Below, one piece after another: positions 54,894 through 64,000 of a DNA stretch of 64,000 bases. The notes under the pieces are model-generated. The model ran no database searches. It was given only the letters and a program-made list of their open reading frames with translations, and had not been told where the DNA came from. Source of the DNA: TPA_inf: Saccharomyces. Taxonomy: Eukaryota. The number at the start of each line of letters is the position of its first letter. Position 1 is the stretch's first letter. The position numbers and the translations under genes are program-made. The stretch lies in contig BK006945.2 in assembly GCA_000146045.2 (NCBI GenBank), positions 928,001-992,000 of the forward strand, written 5' to 3'.

Positions 54894-57800
54894 ATGTATC
54901 GATATAATAGAAGTTCCCCTTTTGAACGAACACCAGAAAAACGAGTAAGCCGTCAAGAAAGCCAACGAAAGAGCATCGAATTGCCCAAACTGCCACCATT
55001 GAATACGAGGAACTCCTTTTTGGATGATTCTGATAACGGAACAGATAATATCTCAATTGGCTGGACACCAATCAGTGACACCCAGCAATTCCAAAGCCCG
55101 GTCCCTCAGGCTTTTACCTTTACATCAAAACATAGTGCAAGGGGAAACGGTACTAGCTCTTCAGAATCCACACCCAAATCGACAAAGTACGTCAAAGAAA
55201 GACGACCACCACCACCGCCACCCCTTTTGTATTCCACTGAATCAATACGGATAGACTCACCCATGGTATCTCCCAGTTCTCAGTCCCGGGAAAGATCACC
55301 TAATAAACTATCCTTTATAGGAAACTCAGAGGAACGACATCACATGGAATACATATCTAACCATTCCAGGATCTTAAAATCACCATTTGCGAACGGATTT
55401 AGTCCAAATTCCCCTAAATCTCCAAGAGATAGTAGCAAACAGCAGGCTCACTTCTCTGATGAATCAGATCTACGGTGTCATGAAAGAGAAAAAGCTTTAC
55501 CCCCAATTCCTTTCACTACTACTCTTCTGCTATCTCCTTTTGATGATGAAGACTCAGAATTTTTTACGAAACCACCACCGCCTCTATCAACATCTAGAAA
55601 CGTAAGTGGGAATAGCCGAGTATCAGAAGCCCTAGAAAGTGTTTATTCTGACTCAGATTATACTTTTAATAACTCAAATGCCAGGCAAAGTAGTTTTAAC
55701 TCTTTACTAGGAGCCAAGCCATTAGAATTAGCACCAAGCATTACTGCACCGACACAACCATTTTCAATTCAATCTATCGATGAGCACAAGCTTTATCAAT
55801 GTGATAATGTTTACAAACTTTCTGCTATTTATGAGTGGATTTTGAAAGTTTATTTTGAATGGTTTAATGAATGTGTCTTCACGAAAATCGATCTTTTCCA
55901 AATTGTTCAATTACTTTTAGAGTTTCAAATGCCTACAAATTTCGATCAAGATACGATAGACTCAAATGTGGATAATATTATGGCTTCGTTTATTTCCCAG
56001 AAAGCAGTAAGATTCGATATCATTAACGATGAAGAGGTAGCCGTAGTTGTGGGAGGGCTGGATATTACTGGTGTTTTCACCGAACTACTACCGTGCTATT
56101 CATTCATCGATAATACTTATGGATCTACAAACTCCCTGATTTGTTATTCCAACGTTTGCACACATGGCCAAAGCTCTGGCTTCAGAAAAGAAATAAAACT
56201 TTCCGAAATCATAAATAAATCAGTTGGACTTTGGACAGAATACTGGCACTTGACTCCAGATGATTTAGCAGAAATTAATCCCCGTGAAGTACAAAGACAA
56301 AGCTTTATATTTGACTTAATTATTTTAGAAGAAAGATCCTTAAACATGGCTACTGCCGCGGTAGAAATCTATGGGAAACGGTTTGACAAATCCCTACTTC
56401 CAGATGAGCCTGAGTTCAAGGCATTGGCATTTGATATCTTCGAACCTCTAATACAATTACATACCGAATTTCTTTTGACGCCAATATTTTGGAAATTAAA
56501 AACGAGAGGTAAGTTTATTGATGGCGTTGGAAAAATCTATTCAAAATGGTGTGGTGAAGCCAAGAATATATATTTGAATTACGCGAAAGCTATGGCAACG
56601 GTACACGAAATCATAATGTGGGAGAAGAAAAACAAGACGAAATTTGTAACATGGCTTAAGGAGATTGATAACTCGGTTGAAATTACAAGATCGAAGATGT
56701 ATCATGATGTTATATTCTTTGGGGGGTTTTTCAAATCTTTACAAAACATGCCCGTAACTCTGCGCTCAATTTTGAAGAACACGGATCCTTCCATGGAGGA
56801 TTATGAATACCTGAAAATAGTAATTAAGGAAGTAGAAAAGTTGAACTTTGAAGTTAATCAGGTACATGGATTAGCAATTGACCATAGGAAACTAGTAAGG
56901 TTTTCGAAACAATTAGTATTAAGTACTAATAGTAGTAATGCAACAAGCTATGTGAACGTCGGTGGTAGTACTAACGCAAATGACGATGATGCAATTCAGG
57001 ATAAACTAGCTCTTGGTTTAACTTATCCGGAAAGGAAGTTAGTACTATCTGGCACTGTTTATAAAAAGAGGGATTTATGGCTGGACCCAACCCCAGTGTA
57101 TATCGCATTATTGGACAATTGCTTACTGATTACAGAGGAAATAAGTAAAGGAGAAACTCAAAAATATAAGCTTATTGAAAGACCTATCCCAATAGATTAT
57201 TTAAGTCTCGAGAAAAGGAAAATTCCAGGAACAAGTAAACAGCCTCTGAGAAACTACTCTCAGAAAGAACATAAATCCCCAATGCATAATTTTTCGACAC
57301 CGATTAACTCCATGAGACCTCTGCTTAAAAGTTCTGGAAATCACATGTCAACAGCGTATGGAGATAGAAAGACTAGTAATACTGAAATTTCTAACGCGAA
57401 TCCAAACACAGACGAGTTCTCATTTAAGATCAGAAATACAGCCACAGGTGAATCGTTCAAATTTTTTACAGAAAGTGCAGAAGTACTCAACCAATGGATT
57501 GATGCTATCATGGAATCTTTTAAAAGAAATGCAGAAAATCATGATTTAAATGCCTTTGAATTTACAGTGTTGAGCTCTGAGTTCGCATACTTCGACAAGG
57601 ATGCACCGGTGAATCTACCTGTAGCTCCGGAAGGATCAGAAATTGATGTAGCACTCAAAGCTTACGCTCAAAAAGCAAACAAAGATTCATGTTCATGGAG
57701 TAAGACAACACGGATTCTTTGTTGTGAAGATGTTAAATTCGAGGGCAGAATTTACCTATTTGTGGCTACAACAGACGGTATCTATGTGAAATATAGAGAC

Positions 57801-58817
57801 GATTATGGTAGTGGTTTCGTTAAAATATTAGAATTAAACGACGTCAAAAGAATGGAAGCCAATGTTAAGTTGGGGCTCTTGTTTGTATTGGATAACAGAA
57901 AGTTGTGCTATTTTAATATCTCAACGGTAGTGAGCCGTTACCTAGCGCAAGGAAACACTCTAGATGAAAACTGCATTGTGGGAACAGTAATCAGAGATAA
58001 GGTGAGATTCTTCAAAATTGCTGATGATTTTGGTAACTCAAAACATTTATTTTTTGAAAGAAAGGGGAAGATAGTTATATTAACACCAGAATTTGATCAA
58101 TTGACAAACCAAGTAAAATATTTCAAATTTTACAAAGAGTATAAGCTCCCAAGTTCAAGTAATAACATTCTGAATAACGAAATTGAGGATATTGCCATAT
58201 TCAGGAAAAGTTTTGCTGTGTGTACAAAGAAAACAGTCATACTTTATCAAGATTCATTCGAGGATAACGGAATAGTCTTACCATCTTTTTTGAATGATAA
58301 AGATATGATGGCACACTTGAGGCATCCACATTTGAATAGCTTACCGTTCAAAAGTGCTACAGACTCCAAGAAACGCCCCTCCATAGAATCTCTCACTGAA
58401 GAAGCAAAAAAGGATATCGCCACTTGCAAAGCTATACCGGTCAATTTTTTTCAAATATCACAATCTAGTTTTTTTGCCTTGGTTTATGATGAAGCCGTAG
58501 TGAAAATAAACTGCTACGGTGAGATGTCTGATTGGAGAAAGGATATTCTCTTACTTGATTTTTGTTGTACCGGCGCGAGCTTCCATGGTAATCATTTGAT
58601 TCTCGTTGGCGACAATTTGATACAGATTTACGACTTAAAAAATGTTGAGCAGAACCTAGGCGAATTGGTTCCCGTCCAGATCATAAAAGGAAAGAAGATA
58701 AAGCTGGCTAGTTCAGAAAGGAGAGAGAAAACAATTCTTGTGTTAAGTCATCCAAATATACTTAATAGACAATTATTAGTCGCGTGCAATCCTGTAGCAA
58801 TGGCAGATCATCAATAA
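54894..58817 (+). CDS. TUS1: Rho1 guanine-nucleotide exchange factor Tus1 (YLR425W), 1307 aa
   Basis: Ser-rich N-terminus, a central DH-PH module and a C-terminal CNH domain. The track ORF starts at GTG 54879; the true ATG is at 54894 (MYRYNRSSPFERTPE...). Confidence 0.85.
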   Translation: MYRYNRSSPFERTPEKRVSRQESQRKSIELPKLPPLNTRNSFLDDSDNGTDNISIGWTPISDTQQFQSPVPQAFTFTSKHSARGNGTSSSESTPKSTKYVKERRPPPPPPLLYSTESIRIDSPMVSPSSQSRERSPNKLSFIGNSEERHHMEYISNHSRILKSPFANGFSPNSPKSPRDSSKQQAHFSDESDLRCHEREKALPPIPFTTTLLLSPFDDEDSEFFTKPPPPLSTSRNVSGNSRVSEALESVYSDSDYTFNNSNARQSSFNSLLGAKPLELAPSITAPTQPFSIQSIDEHKLYQCDNVYKLSAIYEWILKVYFEWFNECVFTKIDLFQIVQLLLEFQMPTNFDQDTIDSNVDNIMASFISQKAVRFDIINDEEVAVVVGGLDITGVFTELLPCYSFIDNTYGSTNSLICYSNVCTHGQSSGFRKEIKLSEIINKSVGLWTEYWHLTPDDLAEINPREVQRQSFIFDLIILEERSLNMATAAVEIYGKRFDKSLLPDEPEFKALAFDIFEPLIQLHTEFLLTPIFWKLKTRGKFIDGVGKIYSKWCGEAKNIYLNYAKAMATVHEIIMWEKKNKTKFVTWLKEIDNSVEITRSKMYHDVIFFGGFFKSLQNMPVTLRSILKNTDPSMEDYEYLKIVIKEVEKLNFEVNQVHGLAIDHRKLVRFSKQLVLSTNSSNATSYVNVGGSTNANDDDAIQDKLALGLTYPERKLVLSGTVYKKRDLWLDPTPVYIALLDNCLLITEEISKGETQKYKLIERPIPIDYLSLEKRKIPGTSKQPLRNYSQKEHKSPMHNFSTPINSMRPLLKSSGNHMSTAYGDRKTSNTEISNANPNTDEFSFKIRNTATGESFKFFTESAEVLNQWIDAIMESFKRNAENHDLNAFEFTVLSSEFAYFDKDAPVNLPVAPEGSEIDVALKAYAQKANKDSCSWSKTTRILCCEDVKFEGRIYLFVATTDGIYVKYRDDYGSGFVKILELNDVKRMEANVKLGLLFVLDNRKLCYFNISTVVSRYLAQGNTLDENCIVGTVIRDKVRFFKIADDFGNSKHLFFERKGKIVILTPEFDQLTNQVKYFKFYKEYKLPSSSNNILNNEIEDIAIFRKSFAVCTKKTVILYQDSFEDNGIVLPSFLNDKDMMAHLRHPHLNSLPFKSATDSKKRPSIESLTEEAKKDIATCKAIPVNFFQISQSSFFALVYDEAVVKINCYGEMSDWRKDILLLDFCCTGASFHGNHLILVGDNLIQIYDLKNVEQNLGELVPVQIIKGKKIKLASSERREKTILVLSHPNILNRQLLVACNPVAMADHQ

Positions 58818-59061
58818 TATAAGATATAGACACTTTTAATGGTAAATATCGTTGTAATAATATAAGCCAACAAGAATATAGTCCAGTAATTATGCTATTT
58901 GCAGTAACTCACATCATTATTCTCTCTGTTCATATAATCCTGAATAACAGGTTACCCTCGGAAGTGCATTTAGCCGTATAACAAGTAGCTCTTTAAAATC
59001 AGTAGAACAGATACATTAATATGTGATAATACGGCTGTGAGGAAAAGGTGAAGTTCTGGTG

Positions 59062-60113
59062 ATGAATATAGACTGTTTGTGTCGTTGGGTAGTTCTGCCA
59101 CTGCTGCGCTATCCACTTCTGGTAGCTCTTGTATTGAGATGGTATGTAAAGTAGAAAATAGGCATGAGGTTAGAAACAGCGTTTTTTATACTAACATGAC
59201 GAACTAACCTAGGTCTCTAAGCGACTCGATAAGCATTTGTCTAACAATCTATACACTACTGATAAATGCATTCCTCATTGCTAATTCCTATATAAAGCGG
59301 TCGGGACAGGTCGCCTGGAAGAGCCTTCGTGAATTTAAGAATGGCATAGTTCTTATTACTGGAGGAAGTAAAGGACTTGGACGGGCCATAGTATCTCAAC
59401 TCCTACAAGACTACAGCAACCTGACCATCTTGAATGTCGACATATGCCCATCATCAGTGAGGAATACTCGCGTGAAGGATCTCATCTGCGACCTGAGTGA
59501 TGATGAAGAAGTTGCAGCACTACTGAATTTGTTGAAAAGAAAGTATAAAAATGAAATCCGATTGATTGTGAACAATGCTGGAGTAAGGGCCAACTTCACC
59601 GGATTCAACGGCATGGAACGGGATAATCTTGATAAGATTTTTAAGATAAACACATTTGCACCACTTCAGTTCATTCAAGAACTGGCCCCTAGTAGACACT
59701 CAACTAGACAGTGTTATATTGTCAATATCGCAAGCATTTTGGGCATATTGACGCCGGCCAAAGTAGCAGCTTATGCGGCGAGCAAAGCAGCATTGATAGC
59801 CTTTCATCAGTCGTACAGTTTTGAATTGCAAAACGAAGGCGTAAGAAATATCAGAACACTATTAGTGACCCCAGGGCAACTGAATACGGAAATGTTTGCA
59901 GGATTCAAGCCTCCTCGCCAGTTCTTTGCCCCTGTAATAGACATTACTACTCTAGCTGCCAAGATAGTCCGTTATTGTGAGCTGGGTCAGAGGGGACAGC
60001 TAAATGAACCCTTTTATTGTAGTTTTGCTCATCTTTTGATGTGCGTACCTTATTCGCTACAACGCATTGTAAGAAGCTTCTCTCGCATAGATTGCTGCCT
60101 CCCGGACGAGTAG
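59062..60113 (+). CDS. TDA5: Short-chain dehydrogenase/reductase Tda5 (YLR426W), two exons: 59062..59141 and 59213..60113, 326 aa
   Basis: Exon 2 carries the SDR cofactor motif ITGGSKGLGRA and the catalytic YAASK. Exon 1 (MNIDCLCRWVVLPLLRYPLLVALVLR-) ends at GTATGT (59142..59147). TACTAAC at 59188..59194 and 3' AG at 59211..59212. Splicing gives a continuous 326-aa frame with an N-terminal TM helix. Confidence 0.75.
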
Positions 60114-60427
60114 AAAGCTATACATAGTAAATAGAATATTTATAGATGAATCCGAGTAGACAGCCTTGGTGTTTGCTTATACATTCTTTGCAATTATGCA
60201 CGCCCTCATTACCGTTGCTCATATTTTTGGGCATTAATTGTATTTTGAAAAGTGCTCGTTCAGGCCCGTGTAAAAAAAGGTGATGAAGCAAACATTATAA
60301 TAAACACTTCTGAGAAGCCACGTGTAGAGGGGTAAGCTATATCGTAAACACCGTTGGATGTGGACCACGGTGCACTGATAAAATAAAGATATAGTAGTAG
60401 AATCTGTTACTAATCTTAACACTTTTG

Positions 60428-62440
60428 ATGGTAGAACCGGACATGCAGAAGAAGGCAAGTGGTGGCAGTGGCGGTTCCGAGATGGATACTTTAAATGCTA
60501 CCAGCAACAGTAGTAAACAAGGAGTTTCAAATAATAAAAGGAATCCGGTCAGTAAAAAGAAACCAGGGAATAAGGTCTCTGATGGAAGAGATAATGCACA
60601 TAATTATCACGGGGAAGGCCGCAGAAAAAGTAGCAAACAACAGAGGTCAAGAACGCCCTATAAGGAGACTAGTACTAGGATCAATGATCAAGATATAGAT
60701 TTATCTATCCAGGAAGAAATTCTTGGTGGTAATTTCAAATTACGAGGCAGGAAAACTCAAGTTTCCATTAATCATTTGTTGAATTTCCAGTTACCTGAAG
60801 TCGAAAGGGAAAAAAGTAGGTCCTCTTCAAGTAAGAAATCGAATAGGAGACGCGATGAGCACGTACATTTACACGGTGACACATTTGTTAATGTTAATTA
60901 CCGTCTTTTGGTAGATGATCGTTTTGACTACCCAGAGCAAAACTGTAACCCGAACGTTCCTGTCGATCAAGAAAAGATTCTAAGAGTCATAGTGCCAAAG
61001 GGTCAGAATTGTTCTATTTGTCTGAGCGAGGAACCGGTGGCTCCCAGAATGGTTACTTGTGGCCATATTTTCTGTCTAAGTTGTCTCTTGAACTTTTTCT
61101 CCATTGAAGAAACCGTCAAAAATAAAGAGACTGGGTACTCAAAGAAGAAGAAATATAAAGAATGCCCGCTTTGTGGAAGTATTATTGGCCCTAAAAGGGT
61201 CAAGCCTGTTCTGTATGAGGACGACTTTGATGTAACCAGGTTAAATCAAAAACCCGAACCTGGTGCCACAGTACATCTACAACTGATGTGTAAACCACAC
61301 GGTTCACTATTACCTTTGCCAGTAGCCTTACATTTAGACCCTCTAAAATGTGGAAATTTCCCTCCCGCAAACTTAGGATCAATAAAGCATTATGCGCATA
61401 TTATGAAGTGTGGCGTGTCTTACTCCTTGGAGCTCTATCAAAAGGACATTGTTGCTATTCAGGAACAATATGAAATCGACAAGGCCATTTATAATGATAG
61501 TGGAAAATTTGTTAAGCAGTCGATTGAAAATATCAATGATCAAATTTCGACGTTGCTGGCTGCAACCACTGATTTGAGCCCACTTTCCAACGATATTAAC
61601 AACGGTTTGGACAATTTTCATTTTGATGACGATCTCTTGACCAAATACGATGATTCTTCCGCTTATTTTTTCTACCAGACGTTGGTGGCATCGTCCACGA
61701 AATACTTCTTATCTCCACTGGATGTAAAAATCTTATTGACTATTTTCCACTATTATTCCAAGTTTCCAGAAAGCATCGAGACGACAGTCGAAAATATACA
61801 TTATGATACAGTGGTAACGGAGCAATTAATCCGCCGCTACAAGTACATCGGCCACCTTCCAATCGGCACTGAGATTGCCCTTTTAGACTTGGACTGGCGT
61901 AAAATACCATTCCTTCCCAAGGAAATTTACGAACAGTTTGCTCATGAGCTAAAACAACGTCGAAGAAAATTCACAATGAAAAAGCAAAAGGAAGATAAGG
62001 AAAAGAAACTATATGAAAAAAGGTTGGAACAAGAACATGCCGAGTTCTACAGAAAGGAAAATGGCAATTCTCTCAAGTTTGAAGACTCTGTACAGATGGC
62101 TACCCATTATGAATCCATTGTAAGCTCTTCCATACCTCTCAACTCCTTAGGAATTTCTATGCTGGGTCCACCGACAAATTCCTGCTCTACTCCTCAAAAG
62201 CAAGCGCCCTCCCACACGAAAAGAACAATTTGGGGGACATCAATTGCAGTGACGGAAGACGAAAAAGCATCAAAGGAGAACAAAGAATTTCAAGATATGT
62301 TATTGCAGCGAATAAGGCAGGAAGATAGTTCGGATGTCACAGATTCGACGGATTCTCCTCCTACAAGTAATGGTAAGCGAGGCAGGAAGAAGAAAGGTAA
62401 AGTCATGCTATTCAGCAGCAATCATCAAGCCTTGGGTTAG
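60428..62440 (+). CDS. MAG2: RING-finger protein Mag2 (YLR427W), 670 aa
   Basis: C3HC4 RING (CSICLSEEPVAPRMVTCGHIFCLSCL...CPLC). The track ORF begins at TTG 60425; the ATG is at 60428. Confidence 0.8.
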   Translation: MVEPDMQKKASGGSGGSEMDTLNATSNSSKQGVSNNKRNPVSKKKPGNKVSDGRDNAHNYHGEGRRKSSKQQRSRTPYKETSTRINDQDIDLSIQEEILGGNFKLRGRKTQVSINHLLNFQLPEVEREKSRSSSSKKSNRRRDEHVHLHGDTFVNVNYRLLVDDRFDYPEQNCNPNVPVDQEKILRVIVPKGQNCSICLSEEPVAPRMVTCGHIFCLSCLLNFFSIEETVKNKETGYSKKKKYKECPLCGSIIGPKRVKPVLYEDDFDVTRLNQKPEPGATVHLQLMCKPHGSLLPLPVALHLDPLKCGNFPPANLGSIKHYAHIMKCGVSYSLELYQKDIVAIQEQYEIDKAIYNDSGKFVKQSIENINDQISTLLAATTDLSPLSNDINNGLDNFHFDDDLLTKYDDSSAYFFYQTLVASSTKYFLSPLDVKILLTIFHYYSKFPESIETTVENIHYDTVVTEQLIRRYKYIGHLPIGTEIALLDLDWRKIPFLPKEIYEQFAHELKQRRRKFTMKKQKEDKEKKLYEKRLEQEHAEFYRKENGNSLKFEDSVQMATHYESIVSSSIPLNSLGISMLGPPTNSCSTPQKQAPSHTKRTIWGTSIAVTEDEKASKENKEFQDMLLQRIRQEDSSDVTDSTDSPPTSNGKRGRKKKGKVMLFSSNHQALG

Positions 62441-62776
62441 GTTACAGCATGTTCTGCTTAAAAATCTCTTTCCAAGCCAGAAATGTGGGAGGACCTATTC
62501 TATATCATTTCAAAATCGAACTCTATATCTTTATGTATAACTTCAAACGCTATTGCATATAAACAATTACTCATATATAGTCCAAATGCATTCATACCAT
62601 GTTATACTATTCAATTCTAGTGTCGTTGTGCGTGATTTTTCACTTTTGACCGTAAATAGAATTTCGGTGATATTATTTTAACTCTCGAAGAAAATAAAGT
62701 AGATTCATGTACACGTATATCAAAAGAGTACAGTGAAAAAGGGATAAAGGATACACTCCACTTAGAAGGGCGCAAG

Positions 62777-64000
62777 ATGAGTGGAAAATTTGTTCGTGCT
62801 TCTAAATATAGACACGTCTTTGGCCAAGCGGCCAAAAAGGAACTGCAATATGAAAAACTCAAAGTGACCAACAACGCATGGGACTCCAACTTGCTAAAAA
62901 CGAATGGTAAATTTATTGCGGTGAATTGGAATGCCTCTGGAGGTGGTGCATTCGCTGTCATTCCGATCGAGGAAGTGGGCAAGGCTCCAGATCAAGTGCC
63001 TTTGTTCAGAGGCCACACTGCGCAGGTCTTGGATACCGATTTTGATCCGTTTAATGACCACAGGATTGCTTCCGGTTCCGATGATTCTAAGATTGGTATT
63101 TGGGACATACCGGAAAACTACAAATTTCACGATCATGTAGATGAAGATGGAGAGCCAATTGATATCAAACCAGTAAAGTTTTTGACAGGACACGCAAGGA
63201 AAGTTGGACATGTTCTTTATCATCCCGTCGCTGAGAATGTATTAGCATCCTCTTCAGGTGACTATACTGTTAAATTATGGAATGTGGAAACTGGAAAGGA
63301 CATGATTACTTTGAAACATCCAGATATGGTCACATCCATGTCATTTTCGTATGATGGTAATTATCTTGCCACAGTGGCTCGAGATAAGAAACTACGAGTC
63401 TGGAATATCAGAGAAGAAAAAATTGTTAGCGAAGGGCCTGCCCATACGGGTGCAAAAAACCAAAGGGTGGTATGGTTAGGAAACTCTGACAGATTGGCTA
63501 CTACTGGTTTTTCAAAATTGAGTGATCGTCAAATCGGTATTTGGGATGCCTTCAACATTGAAAAGGGAGATTTGGGAGGCTTCTACACTGTCGACCAATC
63601 ATCAGGTATTTTGATGCCCTTTTATGACGAAGGGAATAAGATTCTTTACTTGGTGGGGAAAGGTGATGGTAATATTCGATACTACGAATTTCAAAACGAC
63701 GAGCTGTTTGAGTTGTCTGAATTCCAATCCACAGAAGCACAGAGAGGCTTTGCTGTAGCGCCTAAGCGAATGGTGAACGTCAAAGAAAACGAAGTCTTAA
63801 AAGGTTTCAAGACTGTCGTTGATCAGCGTATCGAACCGGTATCTTTCTTTGTTCCAAGGAGATCAGAGGAGTTCCAAGAAGATATCTACCCGGATGCACC
63901 TTCCAATAAGCCAGCTTTAACTGCTGAAGAGTGGTTTTCTGGCAAGTCTGTTGAAGGTCCAATTCTCGTTAGTATGAGATCTATCTATGACGGTTCCGCA
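62777..64000 (+). CDS. CRN1: Coronin (YLR429W), 5' part only (about 408 codons, continues beyond the window)
   Basis: The open frame from ATG 62777 translates to MSGKFVRASKYRHVFGQAAKKELQYEKLKVTNNAWDSN...GHTAQVLDTDFDPFNDHRIASGSDDSKIGIWDIP..., i.e. the coronin N-terminal signature and WD40 beta-propeller. No stop occurs before the window end, so it is absent from the ORF track. Confidence 0.9.
   Translation, partial: MSGKFVRASKYRHVFGQAAKKELQYEKLKVTNNAWDSNLLKTNGKFIAVNWNASGGGAFAVIPIEEVGKAPDQVPLFRGHTAQVLDTDFDPFNDHRIASGSDDSKIGIWDIPENYKFHDHVDEDGEPIDIKPVKFLTGHARKVGHVLYHPVAENVLASSSGDYTVKLWNVETGKDMITLKHPDMVTSMSFSYDGNYLATVARDKKLRVWNIREEKIVSEGPAHTGAKNQRVVWLGNSDRLATTGFSKLSDRQIGIWDAFNIEKGDLGGFYTVDQSSGILMPFYDEGNKILYLVGKGDGNIRYYEFQNDELFELSEFQSTEAQRGFAVAPKRMVNVKENEVLKGFKTVVDQRIEPVSFFVPRRSEEFQEDIYPDAPSNKPALTAEEWFSGKSVEGPILVSMRSIYDGSA

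Noticed and set aside
62617-62982. 121-aa minus-strand ORF overlapping the CRN1 start (YLR428C-like)
   Set aside because: It is antisense to and overlaps the strongly supported coronin N-terminus. It is a dubious ORF.
1-64000. CRISPR arrays, operons, toxin-antitoxin or phage-defence systems
   Set aside because: The sequence is eukaryotic (spliceosomal introns, Pol III tRNA genes with oligo-T terminators, LTR retrotransposons, monocistronic genes with individual promoters). No direct-repeat/spacer arrays or prokaryotic gene organisation are present.

Overview
This window reads as Saccharomyces cerevisiae chromosome XII right arm, a syntenic block from YLR404W (SEI1) to the 5' part of YLR429W (CRN1). 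It is eukaryotic nuclear DNA, so no CRISPR arrays, operons or prokaryotic defence systems are expected, and none are seen. The assignment rests on my recognition of the encoded proteins, gene order and sizes. No database search was run.

About 23 protein-coding genes are supported: SEI1, DUS4, intron-containing RPL31B, YLR407W, BLS1, UTP21, VIP1, CTR3, BER1, INA1, PUN1, VPS36, CDC73, YLR419W, URA4, RPN13, DCK1, ATG17, SPP382, TUS1, intron-containing TDA5, MAG2 and CRN1 (truncated by the window end). Two intronless tRNA genes are present, tL(UAA) and tN(GUU).

The accessory content is two Ty2 (Ty1/copia-type) retrotransposons and one diverged solo delta LTR. The first Ty2 is intact, 5959 bp, plus strand, with identical LTRs and a CTTCT target-site duplication, and it sits in the CTR3 promoter. 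The second Ty2 is on the minus strand and carries an internal in-frame 516-bp deletion. Both the second Ty2 and the solo delta lie directly upstream of tRNA genes.

Several ORF-track entries start at TTG or GTG. I corrected these to the downstream ATG for VIP1, RPN13, TUS1 and MAG2. RPL31B exon 1 and TDA5 exon 1 are absent from the track and were recovered from splice signals.

I see no novel biological system. The items worth a second look are the structure of the second Ty2 (RNase H core deleted, no matching target-site duplication, LTRs that differ), the Ty2 splitting the CTR3 promoter, the INA1/PUN1 convergent paralog pair, and a few cis-regulatory motif clusters.
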